Below are positions 1-14,125 of a stretch of 64,000 nucleotides of DNA, piece after piece (the first letter of the stretch is position 1; the number at the start of each line of letters is the position of its first letter). This stretch comes from Eledone cirrhosa (taxonomy: Eukaryota), in contig OZ024761.1 of NCBI GenBank assembly GCA_964016885.1, forward strand, positions 29,636,001 to 29,700,000, in the 5' to 3' direction. A model generated the notes under the pieces. It made no database searches. It had not been told where the DNA came from and saw nothing but the letters and a program-made list of their open reading frames with translations. Both the position numbers and the translations under genes were made by a program.

Positions 1-60
1 ATCTTTGGGGTCAGTAGCTCTATTTGAGTACCAACCTGGTCAGTTCACAATCTATGAAGG

Positions 61-1565
61 TAATGTTGATGGTGATGTTGATTATGATCATGGAGATGGT
101 AGTTTTGGTGGTGGTGGTGGTGGTGGTAGTGGTGGTGATGATGAAGGTTATTGTTATTGTAATGATGATGATAATGATGAAATGATGACGCTAATGATGA
201 TGGTGATGGTAATGAGGATGATGATAATGATGATGATGATAATGATGATGATGGTGATAATGATGGTGATGATGGTAATGATGGTAATGATGGTAATGAT
301 GATGATGATGATGATGATGATGATGGTAATGATGGTGATGATGATGATGATGGTGATGATGGTGATGATGATGATGATGATGATGATGATGGTGATGGTG
401 GTGGTGGTGGCAATAGTGATGTAAATCTTAGCCAAATTCAAAAAGATTTATTTGTGAAATTTGCTTTTTATTTTAATTTAATCTACTTAAACAGAAAGAA
501 TTAATTTTTGAGAGATTTCAACACATTGCTGGATTGTGAGTTAATCCTACCACTACTACCACCGCCACTACTACCACTACCACCATTACCACCACCACTA
601 CTACCATCACCACCACTACCACCACCACCATCACTACTACAGCTACTACAACCACCCACTAACCACCAACACTACCACCTCCACCACAACAACCACTACC
701 ACCTCCACCACAACAATCACCACAACCACAATCACCATCACTAACCACCACTGCCTCTACCATCTCAACCACAACCACAACCACAACCACCATCACTAAC
801 CACCCCAGCCACTACCATCACCACAACAACCACCACTACCACCTCCACCACAACAACCACAACCACCATCACTAACCACCACTGCCACTACCATCACCAC
901 CACCACAACAACCACAACCACCACAACAACCACTACCACCTCCACCACAACAACCATAACCACCTCCACCACCACCACAACAACCACTACCTACTCCACC
1001 ACAACAACCACAACCACCATCACTAAACACCACTGCCACTACCACCACCACCACAACAACCACAACCACTACCACCTCCACCACAACAACCACAACCACC
1101 ATCACTAAACACCACTGCCACTACCACCACCACCACAACAACCACTACCACCTCCACCACCACCACAACAACCACTACCACCTCCACCACAACAACCACA
1201 ATCACCATCACCAAACACCACTGCCACTACCACCACTACCACAACAACCACTACCACCTCCACCACAACAACCACAATCACCATCACTAAACACCACTGC
1301 CACTACCACCACCACCACAACAACCACTACCACCTCCACCACAACAACCATTACCACCACCACCACAACAACCACTACCACCTCAACAACCACTACCACC
1401 TCCACCACAACAACCACTACCACCTCCACCACCACCACAACAACCACTACCACCACCACCACAACAACCACTACCACCTCCACCACCACCACAACAACCA
1501 CTACCACCTCCACCACAACAACCACAATCACCATCACTAAACACCACTGCCACTACCATCACCAC
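61..1565. repeat. Trinucleotide low-complexity tracts (GAT/GGT, then CAC/CAA)
   Basis: Direct inspection. Confidence 0.95.
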
Positions 1566-1950
1566 CAACGCTGCAACCAGCATCACAACTGACCACCGCC
1601 GACACCCCCCCCACACACACACACACACAACAACCACCATCACCACCTCCCCCATACCATCGCACCTCAAACACCCTCACCTACACCCCCACCACACTAC
1701 TCACATAACTCGACTAGCATCCAATTTCACTGTATTATATCTAAATTCTATTGTTTTATTTAATTATATATATGACCATGTATATGATGTGTGTGTGTGT
1801 GTGTATATCAATGTGTGTTTGTGTGTGTGGCTTTGTGATTACATGTGTGTGTATGTGTATACACATATATTTTATATATATATATATGTGTGTGTGTCAT
1901 CATCGTCATTTCATTTTACAACCGCTTTTCCCTGCTTGCAAGGGTGGGAC

Positions 1951-2022
<72 letters not shown>

Positions 2023-3478
2023 ACACATATTTTATATATATAAGCACACGCATACAAATATACACATACATTTGTATATGTGTTGTGTGTGTGTCTATTT
2101 ATTTCCAAATACATACATACATACAAACATACATACATGCATGCATGCATACAAACATACATGCATGCATGCATACATACATACATACATACATACATAC
2201 ATACATACATACATACATACACATACATACATACATACATACATACATACATACATACACTTATATATAATTACACAATAAACAACACAATATAATTATT
2301 CCATAACCACAAGTTTCATGAAACTAAACAATCCTTACAAAAACGTTTGGCTCCTTCATCAGATGAAATAGTTATTTAGTTTCTAAGAAAATATTTAACA
2401 CATACACATATATATATAAATATTGATATACTTATATACATATATATAGAAAGAGAGAGATATTCTTATATATAAACACACACCTACAGGAACATAAGGC
2501 AGTCCTGTGCTGCTCTGTCAGTATAAAAACCTTGTACTTTAATCAAAACTGTGTTTGTGCCTTTCCATTCCTTCATGGTACAGACACGCTCAATTTCATA
2601 TCAACAAAGGTATATTTTTTTCTGTAGCAAGGTAGTCTTTCTCTACCCTGTTATGTTCTGACTCTTCCTTTCTCTAGCAGTAAATCTGTCAGCTTACCCT
2701 TCAGACACTAACTGCTTTAAATCTAATTTATCTACATATATCAATCTGTTTATTAATTCTATCAATCCATCCACTCCCCAACCTACCTACATACATACCT
2801 GTCTATCTATCTACCTACCTGCCTATTTATCTATCTATCTATCTAACTATTTATCTACCTACTGACCTGCCTGACTCCCTACATACCTACCTGCCTATCT
2901 ATCTATCTATCTATAAATCAAAGAAACTTATCTATCTATCTATAAATCTATCTAACTACCAATCTATCTATCTATATATCTATCTAACTACCAATCTATC
3001 TATCTATAAATCTATCTAACTACCAATCTATCTATCTACTTATTTACCTACCTATCTATCTATCTATTTATATACCTACCTATCTATCTATCTACAGACC
3101 TACCTACCTACCTCCTAACATATCAACCGACCTACCTATCTAGCAACTTTTCTACTTATCTACCAACCAACCAGCTGACCAACTTGACTATCTATTGAAA
3201 ACACATAAGTATCCTGCAGTGTGCTGACTATAGATAAGACGCCTCTATTGTCAGGACAATTATATCAATATGGTATATGTAAGTATATATATATTCTTAT
3301 ATGTATAAACTTTTCATTTTGATTTTTACTTCATCATATTTTAGCAGACTTCATACCTGAAACCACCCCTTGTCCAGCGATACAAAACTGTTTATTTTTA
3401 AAATATTTATATTTATCTAAAAATCCTTGTTTCATAATTTCATGTAAAATCTTGTTATGTTATATTATGTTACATTAT

Positions 3479-3670
3479 CGGCAGTGGATTGGCAGTATCG
3501 GTAGAGGGTCGGACGCCATGCTTTGACGCATAGAGTTACGGCCCTTGCCATTCTGAGTTCAAATCCCGCCGAGGTTAACTTTGCCTTTCATCCTTATGGG
3601 GTCGATAAAATAAAGTACCAGTAATGTACTGGGTGATTGCTGGCCCTTGTGCCAAAAGTAGAAACAATTA
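3479..3670 (+). mobile_element. tRNA-derived SINE family A; other copies at about 16500, 17800(-), 28804, 29020, 45900, 49516, 58725(-), 61365(-), 61520(-), 61764
   Basis: A box tggcagtatcgg, B box gagttcaaatcc, central gcctttcatcct..gggtcgataaaataaagtacc. Confidence 0.85.
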
Positions 3671-4339
3671 TGTTACATTATATTACGTTCCAAACATCAG
3701 CTTTACATTAAAAAAGTTAAGTTACTAAATCATTCCAAATTCTAGATTATTTTCAAAATTATTCATATATAAGAGATGGCAATATGAATGGATCTGTTAT
3801 TTTTCTCTAAAATCATTTTTTCCAATTCTACCCCGCTCATCACTTCAATCTATCTTATTCTTTCTTCTGATGAAGGACTAGCGTCTGAAACATTCAGGAA
3901 CTGTTCCTGCTATTTCAAGCGTTAACCTAATATATTCCTTCCATATACTGTATCGATTGTGATGTTATTTCTTTTTACCTTTTACATATATATATATATC
4001 ATCATCATCATCATTTTACGTCCGCTTTTCCCTGCTTGCAAGGGTGGGACGGGAACTGATTCAGGCTTGATTTCTACAGTTGGTTGCCCTTCCTAACACC
4101 AACCTCATTTACAGTGTGGGCTGGGTGCTTTTTTGCCGTGGCACCTCCACGACCACTTTACCCCAGTCCCTATCATCTCATTTTTACAGCTGAGTAAACT
4201 GGAGCAATCTGAAATAAAGTGTCTTGCTCAAGGAAACAACACATCACCCGGTCTGAGAATCGAACTCACAACCTCTCGATTGCAAGGCCAATTCTCTAAC
4301 CACTAAGCCATGTGCCTCCTATATGTATATATGTATATA

Positions 4340-4454
<115 letters not shown>

Positions 4455-4893
4455 GTTATTCCGGGTTGAATCGGAGGTAACCACAGTAAGTAAGGTACTC
4501 AATACATAGCAGAGTATAATAGTTTTAATATAGATGAGATTCTACAGGACTAGAACTGTTTCATTCATTAGAAATCATCATTTCTAATGAATGAAACAGT
4601 TCTAGTCCTGTAGAATCTCATCTATATTAAAACTATATATATATATATATTTATATGTGTATATATATATATATATATAAAATTGAAAAAGTGGAGAATA
4701 TCATGGTCAACAGTACAAAAAAGGGGATTTATTTGCAGTCTAACAATTGTTTCACTGATAGAGTTGTCTAAAAATTGTTGAACACTAAAAGAGGTGCCAA
4801 TGTTGAGTCAAGCAACACCTTACGCTAAAACTATCCATAATAAGAAGTATTCACAACCTCTAATTGGATTACCATTAACTATATTATGTTATC

Positions 4894-5005
<112 letters not shown>

Positions 5006-5103
5006 GTATATATATATATACATATATATATATACATATATGTATATATATATATATTTATATATATATAATTTGGATTTGTCTTCAAATTTATTATTAT
5101 TAC

Positions 5104-5135
<32 letters not shown>

Positions 5136-5170
5136 TATATGTATATATATATATTTATATGTATATATAT

Positions 5171-5231
<61 letters not shown>

Positions 5232-5304
5232 TGTATATATATATATATATTTATTAAAATAACAGATTAATCTGTTATATATGTATATTTATATGTATAT
5301 ATAT

Positions 5305-5350
<46 letters not shown>

Positions 5351-5353
5351 ATC

Positions 5354-5450
<97 letters not shown>

Positions 5451-5468
5451 TTATATGTATATATATAT

Positions 5469-5566
<98 letters not shown>

Positions 5567-5714
5567 TTTATTAAAATAACAGATTAATCTGTTATTTTAA
5601 TAAATATTTGCCCTACGGTTCTTATATATTTGATATATATTTATCCTTATCGAGCCCTCTTTGGATTTTAGTCTTCAAATTTATTATTATTACTATAAAT
5701 ATATATATATATAA

Positions 5715-5749
<35 letters not shown>

Positions 5750-6052
5750 CATATAAATATATATATATATATGTATATCATATATATATATATACATTTA
5801 TATGTATATCATGCATTTGATGTCTACGCGACAGTCCAGGTCAGTTACAAAATTTTTTCATGAGTTCAGTTTTTTCGTTGCTATGGCAATGCGGCCAGAC
5901 TGTCAGTTGCTATATTTGATTTGCAAAGCTGTCTAAATGTATTGTTATAACTCTGGGGTAATATTCTCCATCGAGTGCTAAGCCGCATCCCGAATCTGCA
6001 TTCGTTAGCTTGGCCACCGCCAAAAGCTTCGTTGATGCTGTACTAAAATTTG

Positions 6053-6095
<43 letters not shown>

Positions 6096-6138
6096 GTATG
6101 TGTATGTATGTATATATATATATATATGTATGTATGTG

Positions 6139-6183
<45 letters not shown>

Positions 6184-6312
6184 ATGTATATATATGTATG
6201 TATATATGTATATATATGTATATATATGTATATATGTATATATATGTACATATGTATATTTATATATATGTATGTATATATGTATATATATATATATATG
6301 TATATATATGTA

Positions 6313-6343
<31 letters not shown>

Positions 6344-6564
6344 ATATATGTATATATGTATATATATGTACATATGTATATATATATATGTATGTATATA
6401 TATATATATATGTATATATGTATATATATGTATATATGTATATATATGTACATATGTATATATATATATGTATGTATATATATATATATGCATATATGTA
6501 TATATATGTACATATGTATATATATATATGTATGTATATATGTATATATGTATATATATATATA

Positions 6565-6607
<43 letters not shown>

Positions 6608-6664
6608 ATATATGTATATATATATATATATGTATATATATATGTATATATATATATATTTGTA

Positions 6665-6695
<31 letters not shown>

Positions 6696-6755
6696 TTGTA
6701 TATGTATATATATTTGTATATGTAGATATATATATATATATGTAATATATATATA

Positions 6756-7362
6756 TTTGTGTGCAGAGGATATACGCAGACTAGAGAGGAACGAAGCTTG
6801 CATGCTCCGCTGGATGTGTAACAGTAATATACGTGAACGGCAAAGCATAAACGAACTAAGGAAAAAATTAGAGATAAGAGGGATCAGATGTTGTTTACTC
6901 GAGAGAAGGCTGCGTTGGTATGGACACGTGATGCGCATGAAAGTCGATAGCTGTATTACAAAGTGCAGGGCAATAAAGATAGACGGTAGCCACGGAATAG
7001 GCAGACCTAGAAAAACATGGGATGAGCTGATAAACTCCGACCTCGCACACTTACACCTCTCCAAGACAATGTCACTGGACCGTGACCTTTGGCGGTACTC
7101 AGTAACAGAGAAGACCCGCCTTGCCAGTAGGCATCTCTAACAAACTACACCCCGTCCCGCCACCACCCCCACCCCATCCACACCACCCCGTTCCATGTAA
7201 AGTTATGTTGGTGCCGCGCCATCCAGGCCGAAACAAACGAGATCGTGTAGGTGTCACGACAAAAAAACACACAGTCCACGCTGTAATGTGGCCGTGTAGG
7301 CAACACGGTAAAAACCTCCCAGACCCACACTGTAAATGTGGTTGGTGTTAGGAAGGGCATCC
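6756..7362 (+). mobile_element. RTE LINE 3' fragment, cut by the inverted duplicate
   Basis: [15 protein letters not shown]...RLRWYGHV...GRPRKTW, then 3' UTR. Confidence 0.9.
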
Positions 7363-7675
7363 AAATTAATTTGTATAACAAAATTCCTACAAAATATTTT
7401 CAAAATATCCTACAAAATATTTTCAAAATATCATAAAAGACACTTGTATTGTATTTCATTAGAAATACTGTAACAAAACAATTGTCATTAATTGTAAAAC
7501 ATTTTAATAAAAATATGAAAGTTTTCAATTTTCTACATTGTTCTCCCTATTTCAAAACCCTTTTTATAGTTATTAAAATCTTTATTGTTTATTTTCATAA
7601 TAGAATTTTTGTTGTCAAAGAAAGTTATGGAGAACATTTCAGTAAAAATTAACAAAAAAAATATTTCAAACTTAC

Positions 7676-7843
7676 AGAGGGCTTGTAATCTTGTGATAGT
7701 TTTTTTCCAAAGGACATAGAAAGCACTAAATAATGCTATTATATAGAAGATGATGTCTCTAAGAAACGGTCTCTCCATTAATTTGAAAGGTTTTATTATG
7801 GATATAACTCCAGCAACAACTGTTGTCACAAACAGGCCAGCAC
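7676..7843 (-). pseudogene. Orphan antisense copy of NCLX exon E with its splice sites
   Basis: Reverse complement of 37876-38043 inside the inverted duplicate. Confidence 0.9.
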
Positions 7844-7949
7844 CTAGAATATATGATGTATATATGTATATGTACATATATATATATATATATATATATA
7901 GGAAAAAGTATGACCCCGACGGCAGAGATCAAGCCGTTTCGACGGCTAT

Positions 7950-7980
<31 letters not shown>

Positions 7981-8075
7981 TTATTAAAATAACAGATAAA
8001 AGTTTAAGCAAAGAATCGCTGCTTTCACCCTTAACGGGATCTTCTGAAACTGTATATATATGTATATATATATAA

Positions 8076-8110
<35 letters not shown>

Positions 8111-8257
8111 AGAAAAACCACAGACGCTCCATCTCAATTCTACTTTTGAAAAGCAGAAGAACTGCGAAACCGGTAAAGGAACCAAATAAATATATATTTT
8201 AAAAAAAAAGACTCCAGTTGCATTTTCGATTCCACCTTTTTTCCATATATATATATT

Positions 8258-8730
8258 ACACCTCTCCAAGACAATGTCACTGGACCGAGACCTTTGGCGG
8301 TACTCAGTAACAGAGAAGACCCGCCTTACCTAAATATATAGTAAAACCTACTCCAGCCAGTAGGCATCTCTAACAAAATACACCCCGTCCCACCACCCCC
8401 ACCCCCACCCCATCCACACCACCCTGTTCTATGTAAAGTTATGTTGGTGCCGCGCCATCGAGGACGAAACAAATGAGATCGTGTAGGTGTCACGACAAAA
8501 AAACACACAGTCCACGCTGTAATGTGGCCGTGTAGGCAACACGGTAAAAACCTCCCAGACCCACACTGTAAATGTGGTTGGTGTTAGGAAGGGCATCCAA
8601 CTGTAGAAAACCTGCCAGACAGTCCTATGCGAGCAAGACAATCACTCTTGCCTCAAGTGGGACTACCCCCGTCCAAACCCATGCAAGCGTGGAACACGGA
8701 CGTTAAACGTTGATGATGATGATGATGATG
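8258..8730 (+). mobile_element. RTE 3' end/UTR inside the duplicate (mirror of 36989-37461)
   Basis: Same 3' UTR and (GAT)n tail as the other RTE copies. Confidence 0.88.
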
Positions 8731-8965
8731 ATATATATATGTAGGAGGTGAGTTTTATTGTAGTACAATAAAGCAATGCAGATATCGGATAAGAAGCACT
8801 CTACAGTTTGTGGGACTGGAGTATACATAATATATAAGAACAAAAGATGGTTAAAGGAGTTCCATGTATTTTATTATGCGCATTTCAAAAACAAATATCA
8901 TCATGCAATAATATTTGTGTTTTCATCAGATAAAACAGGAGGACATGATATGAAGGCTAAAAAAC

Positions 8966-9465
8966 ATGGGGGTTGTTAGTAAAGCCATCTTGGATAGAAT
9001 TATCCCACAGGTTCGTTCTAATTGCTCTTCTTTGAACCTAAATTTATGGTTTGGTACTTCTGAAGTGATTAGCTGGTTCAACAAATTGAATAATAAAAAC
9101 AAACTAAAATTTGTTCAATTTGATATTGCCAGCTACTATTCCTCCATTTCGCCTTCACTTCTCAATAATGCTCTATCTTTCGCACTTAAATATTCTGACA
9201 TCACCACAGATGAACTTCACATCATTCTCACCGCACGTAAAACCATCCTAGAGTTCAACAACGAATATTGGACCAGAGCCGATACCTCTAACAACTTCGA
9301 CATCACAATGGGAGCATCCGATTCATCCCAATTGACTGATTTAATTGGTATCTTTATTTTGAACTCTTTGAGTCGGAAAATTCCTCAACTTCGCGGTGGA
9401 ATTTATCGTGACGATGGACTCTTTACTATCTTAAATTGCAATATAGTTAACCTTAATATTATTAT
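8966..9465 (+). mobile_element. Penelope-like element reverse transcriptase fragment (Naiad-like)
   Basis: FVQFDIASYYSSIS, FDITMGASDSSQLTDLIG and GGIYRDDGL motifs in an open frame. Confidence 0.8.
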
Positions 9466-11062
9466 GAAGCAGTTAAGGCCAAGAGACAGGCATGGAAAGA
9501 ATGGAAGAACGGGGGGAGCAGGGTACATTACATAGAGACCAAGAGGGAAGCTAGGCGACAAGTATACTTAGCTAGGAGGGAAGCAGAGGATAGAAAATTC
9601 AAGCATGTTTTACAACGTGAGGACCAGAAACAGGAGGTATTCAAGATTGCGAGGCAGTGTGTCAGAGATAGTTGTGATGTCATTGGAGAGAAGTGTATCC
9701 GGAATGATAAAGGTGAGCTTGCCCTCACAAGTGCTGAGAAGAAAGATGCATGGAAGAGTCATTATGATAGATTACTAAATGAGGAGAATGCATGGGAAGA
9801 AGAGACCCTACCCCAAGTAGACCCTATAGAGGGACCAGCAGTACAAGTCAGCAGCAGCGTAGTAAGTAAGGCAATCAAAGATATGAAGATGGGGAAGGCA
9901 ACCGGTCCATCGGGTATAACTGCCGAGATGCTGAAGGCATCTGGGTCTGTAGGTCACACTATAACCACACGTATCGTTAACCAGGTAATACTAGAAGGGG
10001 CCATACCAAAAGATTGGTGCAGTAGCATCATTGTCAACTGCTACAAAGGTAAAGGCGATGCACTAGATAGAGGAAACTTTAGAGGTATAAAGTTGATGGA
10101 CCAGGTCATGAAATTAACAGAAAGAGTTATAGCACAGCTGATTAGGGACCGGGTGAATATAGACGAGATGCAATTTGGGTTTGTACCAGGAAGAGGCACG
10201 ACTGATGCCCTCTTCCTTGTGAGGCAATTACAGGAAAAGTACCTAGCTAAAAGTAAGCCACTCTACTTGGCATTTGTCGACCTTGAGAAAGCCTTTGACA
10301 GAGTTCCACGTGCGGTAATCTGGTGGGCTCTTAGAAAACTAGGAGTAGATGAATGGCTTGTGAAAGCGGTACAAGCCATGTATAGGGGAGCAGTCAGCAA
10401 AGTTAGGATTAGCAATGAGTATAGCGAGGAATTTAGTGTACAGGTTGGGGTCCACCAGGGCTCTGTTCTTAGCCCTCTCCTGTTCATCATAGTCCTGCAG
10501 GCAATAACGGAGGAGTTTAAGACCGGATGCCCATGGGAACTCCTGTATGCTGATGACCTCGCACTCATAGCTGAATCTATGTTAGAACTAGAGAATAAAT
10601 TCCAAACCTGGAAGCAGGGACTAGAGAGAAAGGGTCTCAAAGTCAACATGACAAAGACTAAGGTCCTTGTAAGTAGACGAGAAAACAGAACCCAGATCCC
10701 CTCAGGGAAATGGCCTTGCTCAATATGTAGGAAAGGTGTAGGTAGGAACTCCATTCTCTGCCCCAAATGCAAACAATGGGTACACAAGAGATGTAGCGGG
10801 ATCTCAGGAAGCTTAATTAAGAATGTAGGATTCACATGCAGCAGCTGTGCTGAAACAGCAAGCAGCAAACAGCCACAGGAAACAAGTACCACCAATCTCT
10901 GGGAGGGCCCTGTAGAGACAGTAGACAGCTTCTGCTACCTAGGTGACCGAATTAGCAACGGAGGTGGGTGTTCAGAAAGTACAATAACTAGGGTAAGAAT
11001 GGAATGGAAGAAATTCAGGGAGCTACTGCCACTGCTAGCTGCAAAAGGCTTCTCCCTCAGAA
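9466..11062 (+). mobile_element. RTE-clade LINE ORF fragment: RT plus C4HC3 PHD-like finger, truncated at both ends
   Basis: Stop-free frame from EAVKAKRQAWKEWK through QFGFVPGRGTTDA, FVDLEKAFD, GVHQGSVLSP and LLYADDL. Confidence 0.95.
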
Positions 11063-11354
11063 TTTACTGTGTTTATTACTACATATATTATTATTTTATA
11101 TATGTATATATATATATATATATATACATACATATATTTATATATATATATGTGTGTGTATCCTGGGTTCAATCGGGAGTAACCACAGTAAGTAAAGTAC
11201 TCAATACATAGCAGAGTCTAAATATTTAATATAGAAATGGCTTCTACAGGACTAGAACTGTTTCATTTGAATGAAAAGATCTAGTCCTGTAGTAGCTATT
11301 TCTATATTAAATATTTATACTCTGCTATGTATTGAGTACTTTACTTACTTTACT

Positions 11355-11700
11355 TGGAGGCCCATGGCTTAGTGGTTAGAGCATTGGCCTTGCAATCAAA
11401 AGATTGTGAGTTCAATTCTCAGACCGGGTGGTGTGTTGTTTCCTTGAGCAAGACACTTTATTTCACATTGCTCCAGTTTACTCAGCTGTAGAAATGAGAT
11501 GATAGGGACTGGGGTTCATATCATTCCACTGCAAAGGGGTCGTGGAGGTGCCACGGCAAAAAAGCACCCAGCACTCACTGTAAATGAGGTTGGTGTTAGG
11601 AAGGGCATCCAGCTGTAGAAATCAAGCCAGAATCAGTTCCCGTCCCACCCTCGCAAGCAGGGAAAAAGCGGACGTAAAATAAAATGATGATGATGATGAA
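11355..11700 (+). mobile_element. tRNA/CORE-like SINE family B with RTE-derived tail; other copies at about 4000-4320(-), 15325-15667(-), 21528-21850, 29577-29962(-), 53425-53765(-)
   Basis: tggcttagtgg A box, gagttcaattc B box, ccttgagcaagacactt..ctcagctgtagaaatgag core; tail shared with the RTE 3' UTR; (ATG)n end. Confidence 0.85.
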
Positions 11701-13035
11701 ATGATATATATATGTTAAGTATTTCTGAAGAAAAAGCAAAGGAAAAAAGGGGGATCTATGTATAAAACAGAACTATTTAATTAGAAAGTGAACAACACAA
11801 TATATAACTACTCCATTACCAAAGGTTTCAGGACCCTGGACAATATTGTGCTGTTCTTTCTAATATATCTATATAGTAATAATAATAAATGTGAAGACTA
11901 AAATCCGAAGAGGATAATATATATAAAAAAATATTTATTAAAGCAAATATTTATTAAAATAACAGATTAAAGTTGAAGCAAAGAAACGCTGAAGATCCCA
12001 TTAAGAGTGAAAGCAGCGATTCTTTGCTTAAACTTTAATCTGTTATTTTAATAAATATATATATGTATATATATATATGTATATATATATATGTATATAT
12101 ATATATATAGAGAGAGAGGGGGGAGAGGGGGAGAAAGAGAGAGAGAAAAGGTGAAGCTGGAAATAGCATGGAAAATATGTTTAGGGTCTGTTTTTCTTTT
12201 TTTTTTCTTTCTTTGATTCATCAAAGTGACATTATTGAATACATGACATTATTGAAAAGATGACATTATTGAAAAGATGACATTATTGAAAAGATGACAT
12301 TATTGAAAAGATGACATTATTGAAAAAATGAGAGGACAATTCTTTTAAAAAAGAGTTTTATAATGTATATAAGTATATAAAGTATTACCGATTTTGATGT
12401 ATTATTAAAATTCATCTTATCAAATGTTGAGTATTACAATTAAAAAGAATTAATAGGAATTAAAAACTAAAAATTAAATATTTATAATGAAGTGTTGGAG
12501 TAAGTTTTTTCCCATCTTCCTTGCTCAGAAGTGGACTGGGAAATGAATTCTTCTGTATAGAGAGAGAAGTGTGTAGTCATAATAATAGCAGTAGTGTTGG
12601 TAGTTGTGTTTCTTCACAGAACAAAATTGTTTTTTGGGGGAAAAGGAAATATTCTGTAAATATGTGTGTGTATATCTGATTGTGTTAATTGACTGGTCCA
12701 GAGTTCAAATGGGGATGAGGAATTGTAAGCTAGAGGTAAATTCTATGGTAGCAGTAGGGTTGTAAAAGAAATTCTATTATTGGAATATGGCTTTAGGGAG
12801 TGTTTGTATAGTGTGAGGGTGTATATATAACAATACACACATGTGTGTGGGGGGGTTCAGCCTGTCTGTCACAGGTACCTTTGTGGTGGGAAAGTAAAAA
12901 AAAATTTTTTTAATTAAAAAAAAAACAAAAAAACAGAGCAGAGTATCAGTAGTGGCTCTCTAACAGGAACTTCTGGAATGAGTAATTTTTTCTCTTTTAT
13001 TTTGTGGTGGGGGTGGGATGATCTAATGAGGGTGA

Positions 13036-13407
13036 TTACATATTTAATTTTGGTTTAAATTTGTTAATAAATAGTTTTTCTTTATTTATTCTTTGTTGTT
13101 GAGTGAAAGAATCAGAGCATTTGTAAAGGGGGGAGATTTTAAAGTTGGGTAGAGTCATTCCTGCACAATCTACAATGTGGCTACTTATGAGGATTTTTCT
13201 TGTGTTTACGTTTCAGATTTGTTGGCGATGGATGGTCATTCTTTTGCATAATGACACACACGTCTGTCCAATATAGTTATGTTGACAGCCATCGCATGTG
13301 ATTACGTAGATCAGGTTCTCCGAGTCGCAAGTGAAATTGTTTTTCACTGTGAAAGTTTGGCCATCTTTAAACGTGAATTTTTGCCCTTCAATTAAGTATA
13401 GGCATGT
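13036..13407 (-). mobile_element. Penelope-like element GIY-YIG endonuclease fragment (one in-frame stop); absent from the ORF track
   Basis: Manual translation: FTCDSENLIYVITCDGCQHNYIGQT...RMTIHRQQI*...HIVDC...RINKEKLFINKFKPKLNM*. Confidence 0.88.
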
Positions 13408-13919
13408 TAAGTGTAGTTTTATTTCATAGTAGAGTTATATAAATATACAGAAAAAGGAGACAGCATTGGAAAGGACTATAAATGCCATAAATGAGAAAAA
13501 AAGAACTAGTAGACAAAGGAAGATAGAAAAAGGAGGAGGGGAGAAGGTGACAGACTCAACACTTAGGTCAGCACGGTGTTTTGGCTGCACCCCGCAACAA
13601 AAATGGCAAAGACATTTACGTAGACAATGGCTGATGACACACACTGCAAAAGCCACCCAACTCGTAGAGCTCCTTCCTCACCTATTTGAAAGTTATAGGC
13701 AGTATCTTTCACGAGATATATTATAACAAACGTTTTAATTATATCCTTAGTAATATAAATATTTCTTTCATATTCCCTGAGCTCTCTGCTGAACTTTGTG
13801 TGCACAATAAATAATTTCTATTTTGTTTAAGAGAGACTTAATTTTTCATATGTTTAACATGATCTATCTATCTATCTATTTAGATATCTGTATAATCACT
13901 ATATATGTGTGTATATATA

Positions 13920-13966
<47 letters not shown>

Positions 13967-14125
13967 ATATATATACACACACACACATATATATATATAT
14001 ATACACATAAATACATACATATACATATATACATATATATATACACATAAATACATACATATACATATATATATATACATATATATGTACATATATATAC
14101 ACATAAGTATATAAATATATATATA

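Larger units (their letters stand above)
7363..8740 (-). repeat. Inverted duplicate of 36979-38356 (1378 bp)
   Basis: Paired coordinates sum to 45719 at both ends and for the mirrored ORFs (e.g. 7533-7877 vs 37842-38186), whose translations are identical. Confidence 0.95.

Noticed and set aside
5-424. Met-rich 139-aa ORF
   Set aside because: After position 60 it is a (GAT/GGT)n tract following a probable splice donor
5877-5890. RFX X-box-like gttgctatggcaat (and cttgccatggcaac in exon A)
   Set aside because: Single short motifs with no promoter context; chance is plausible
7533-7877. Second NCLX paralogue on the minus strand
   Set aside because: Only one exon is present, identical to exon E with its introns; no other minus-strand exons were found
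11355-11430. tRNA-like A and B boxes
   Set aside because: SINE heads that continue into CORE-like and RTE tail sequence; no complete cloverleaf
13213-13215. In-frame TGA in the GIY-YIG fragment as selenocysteine
   Set aside because: The position fits Arg (CGA>TGA CpG decay), not a conserved Cys, and no SECIS was identified
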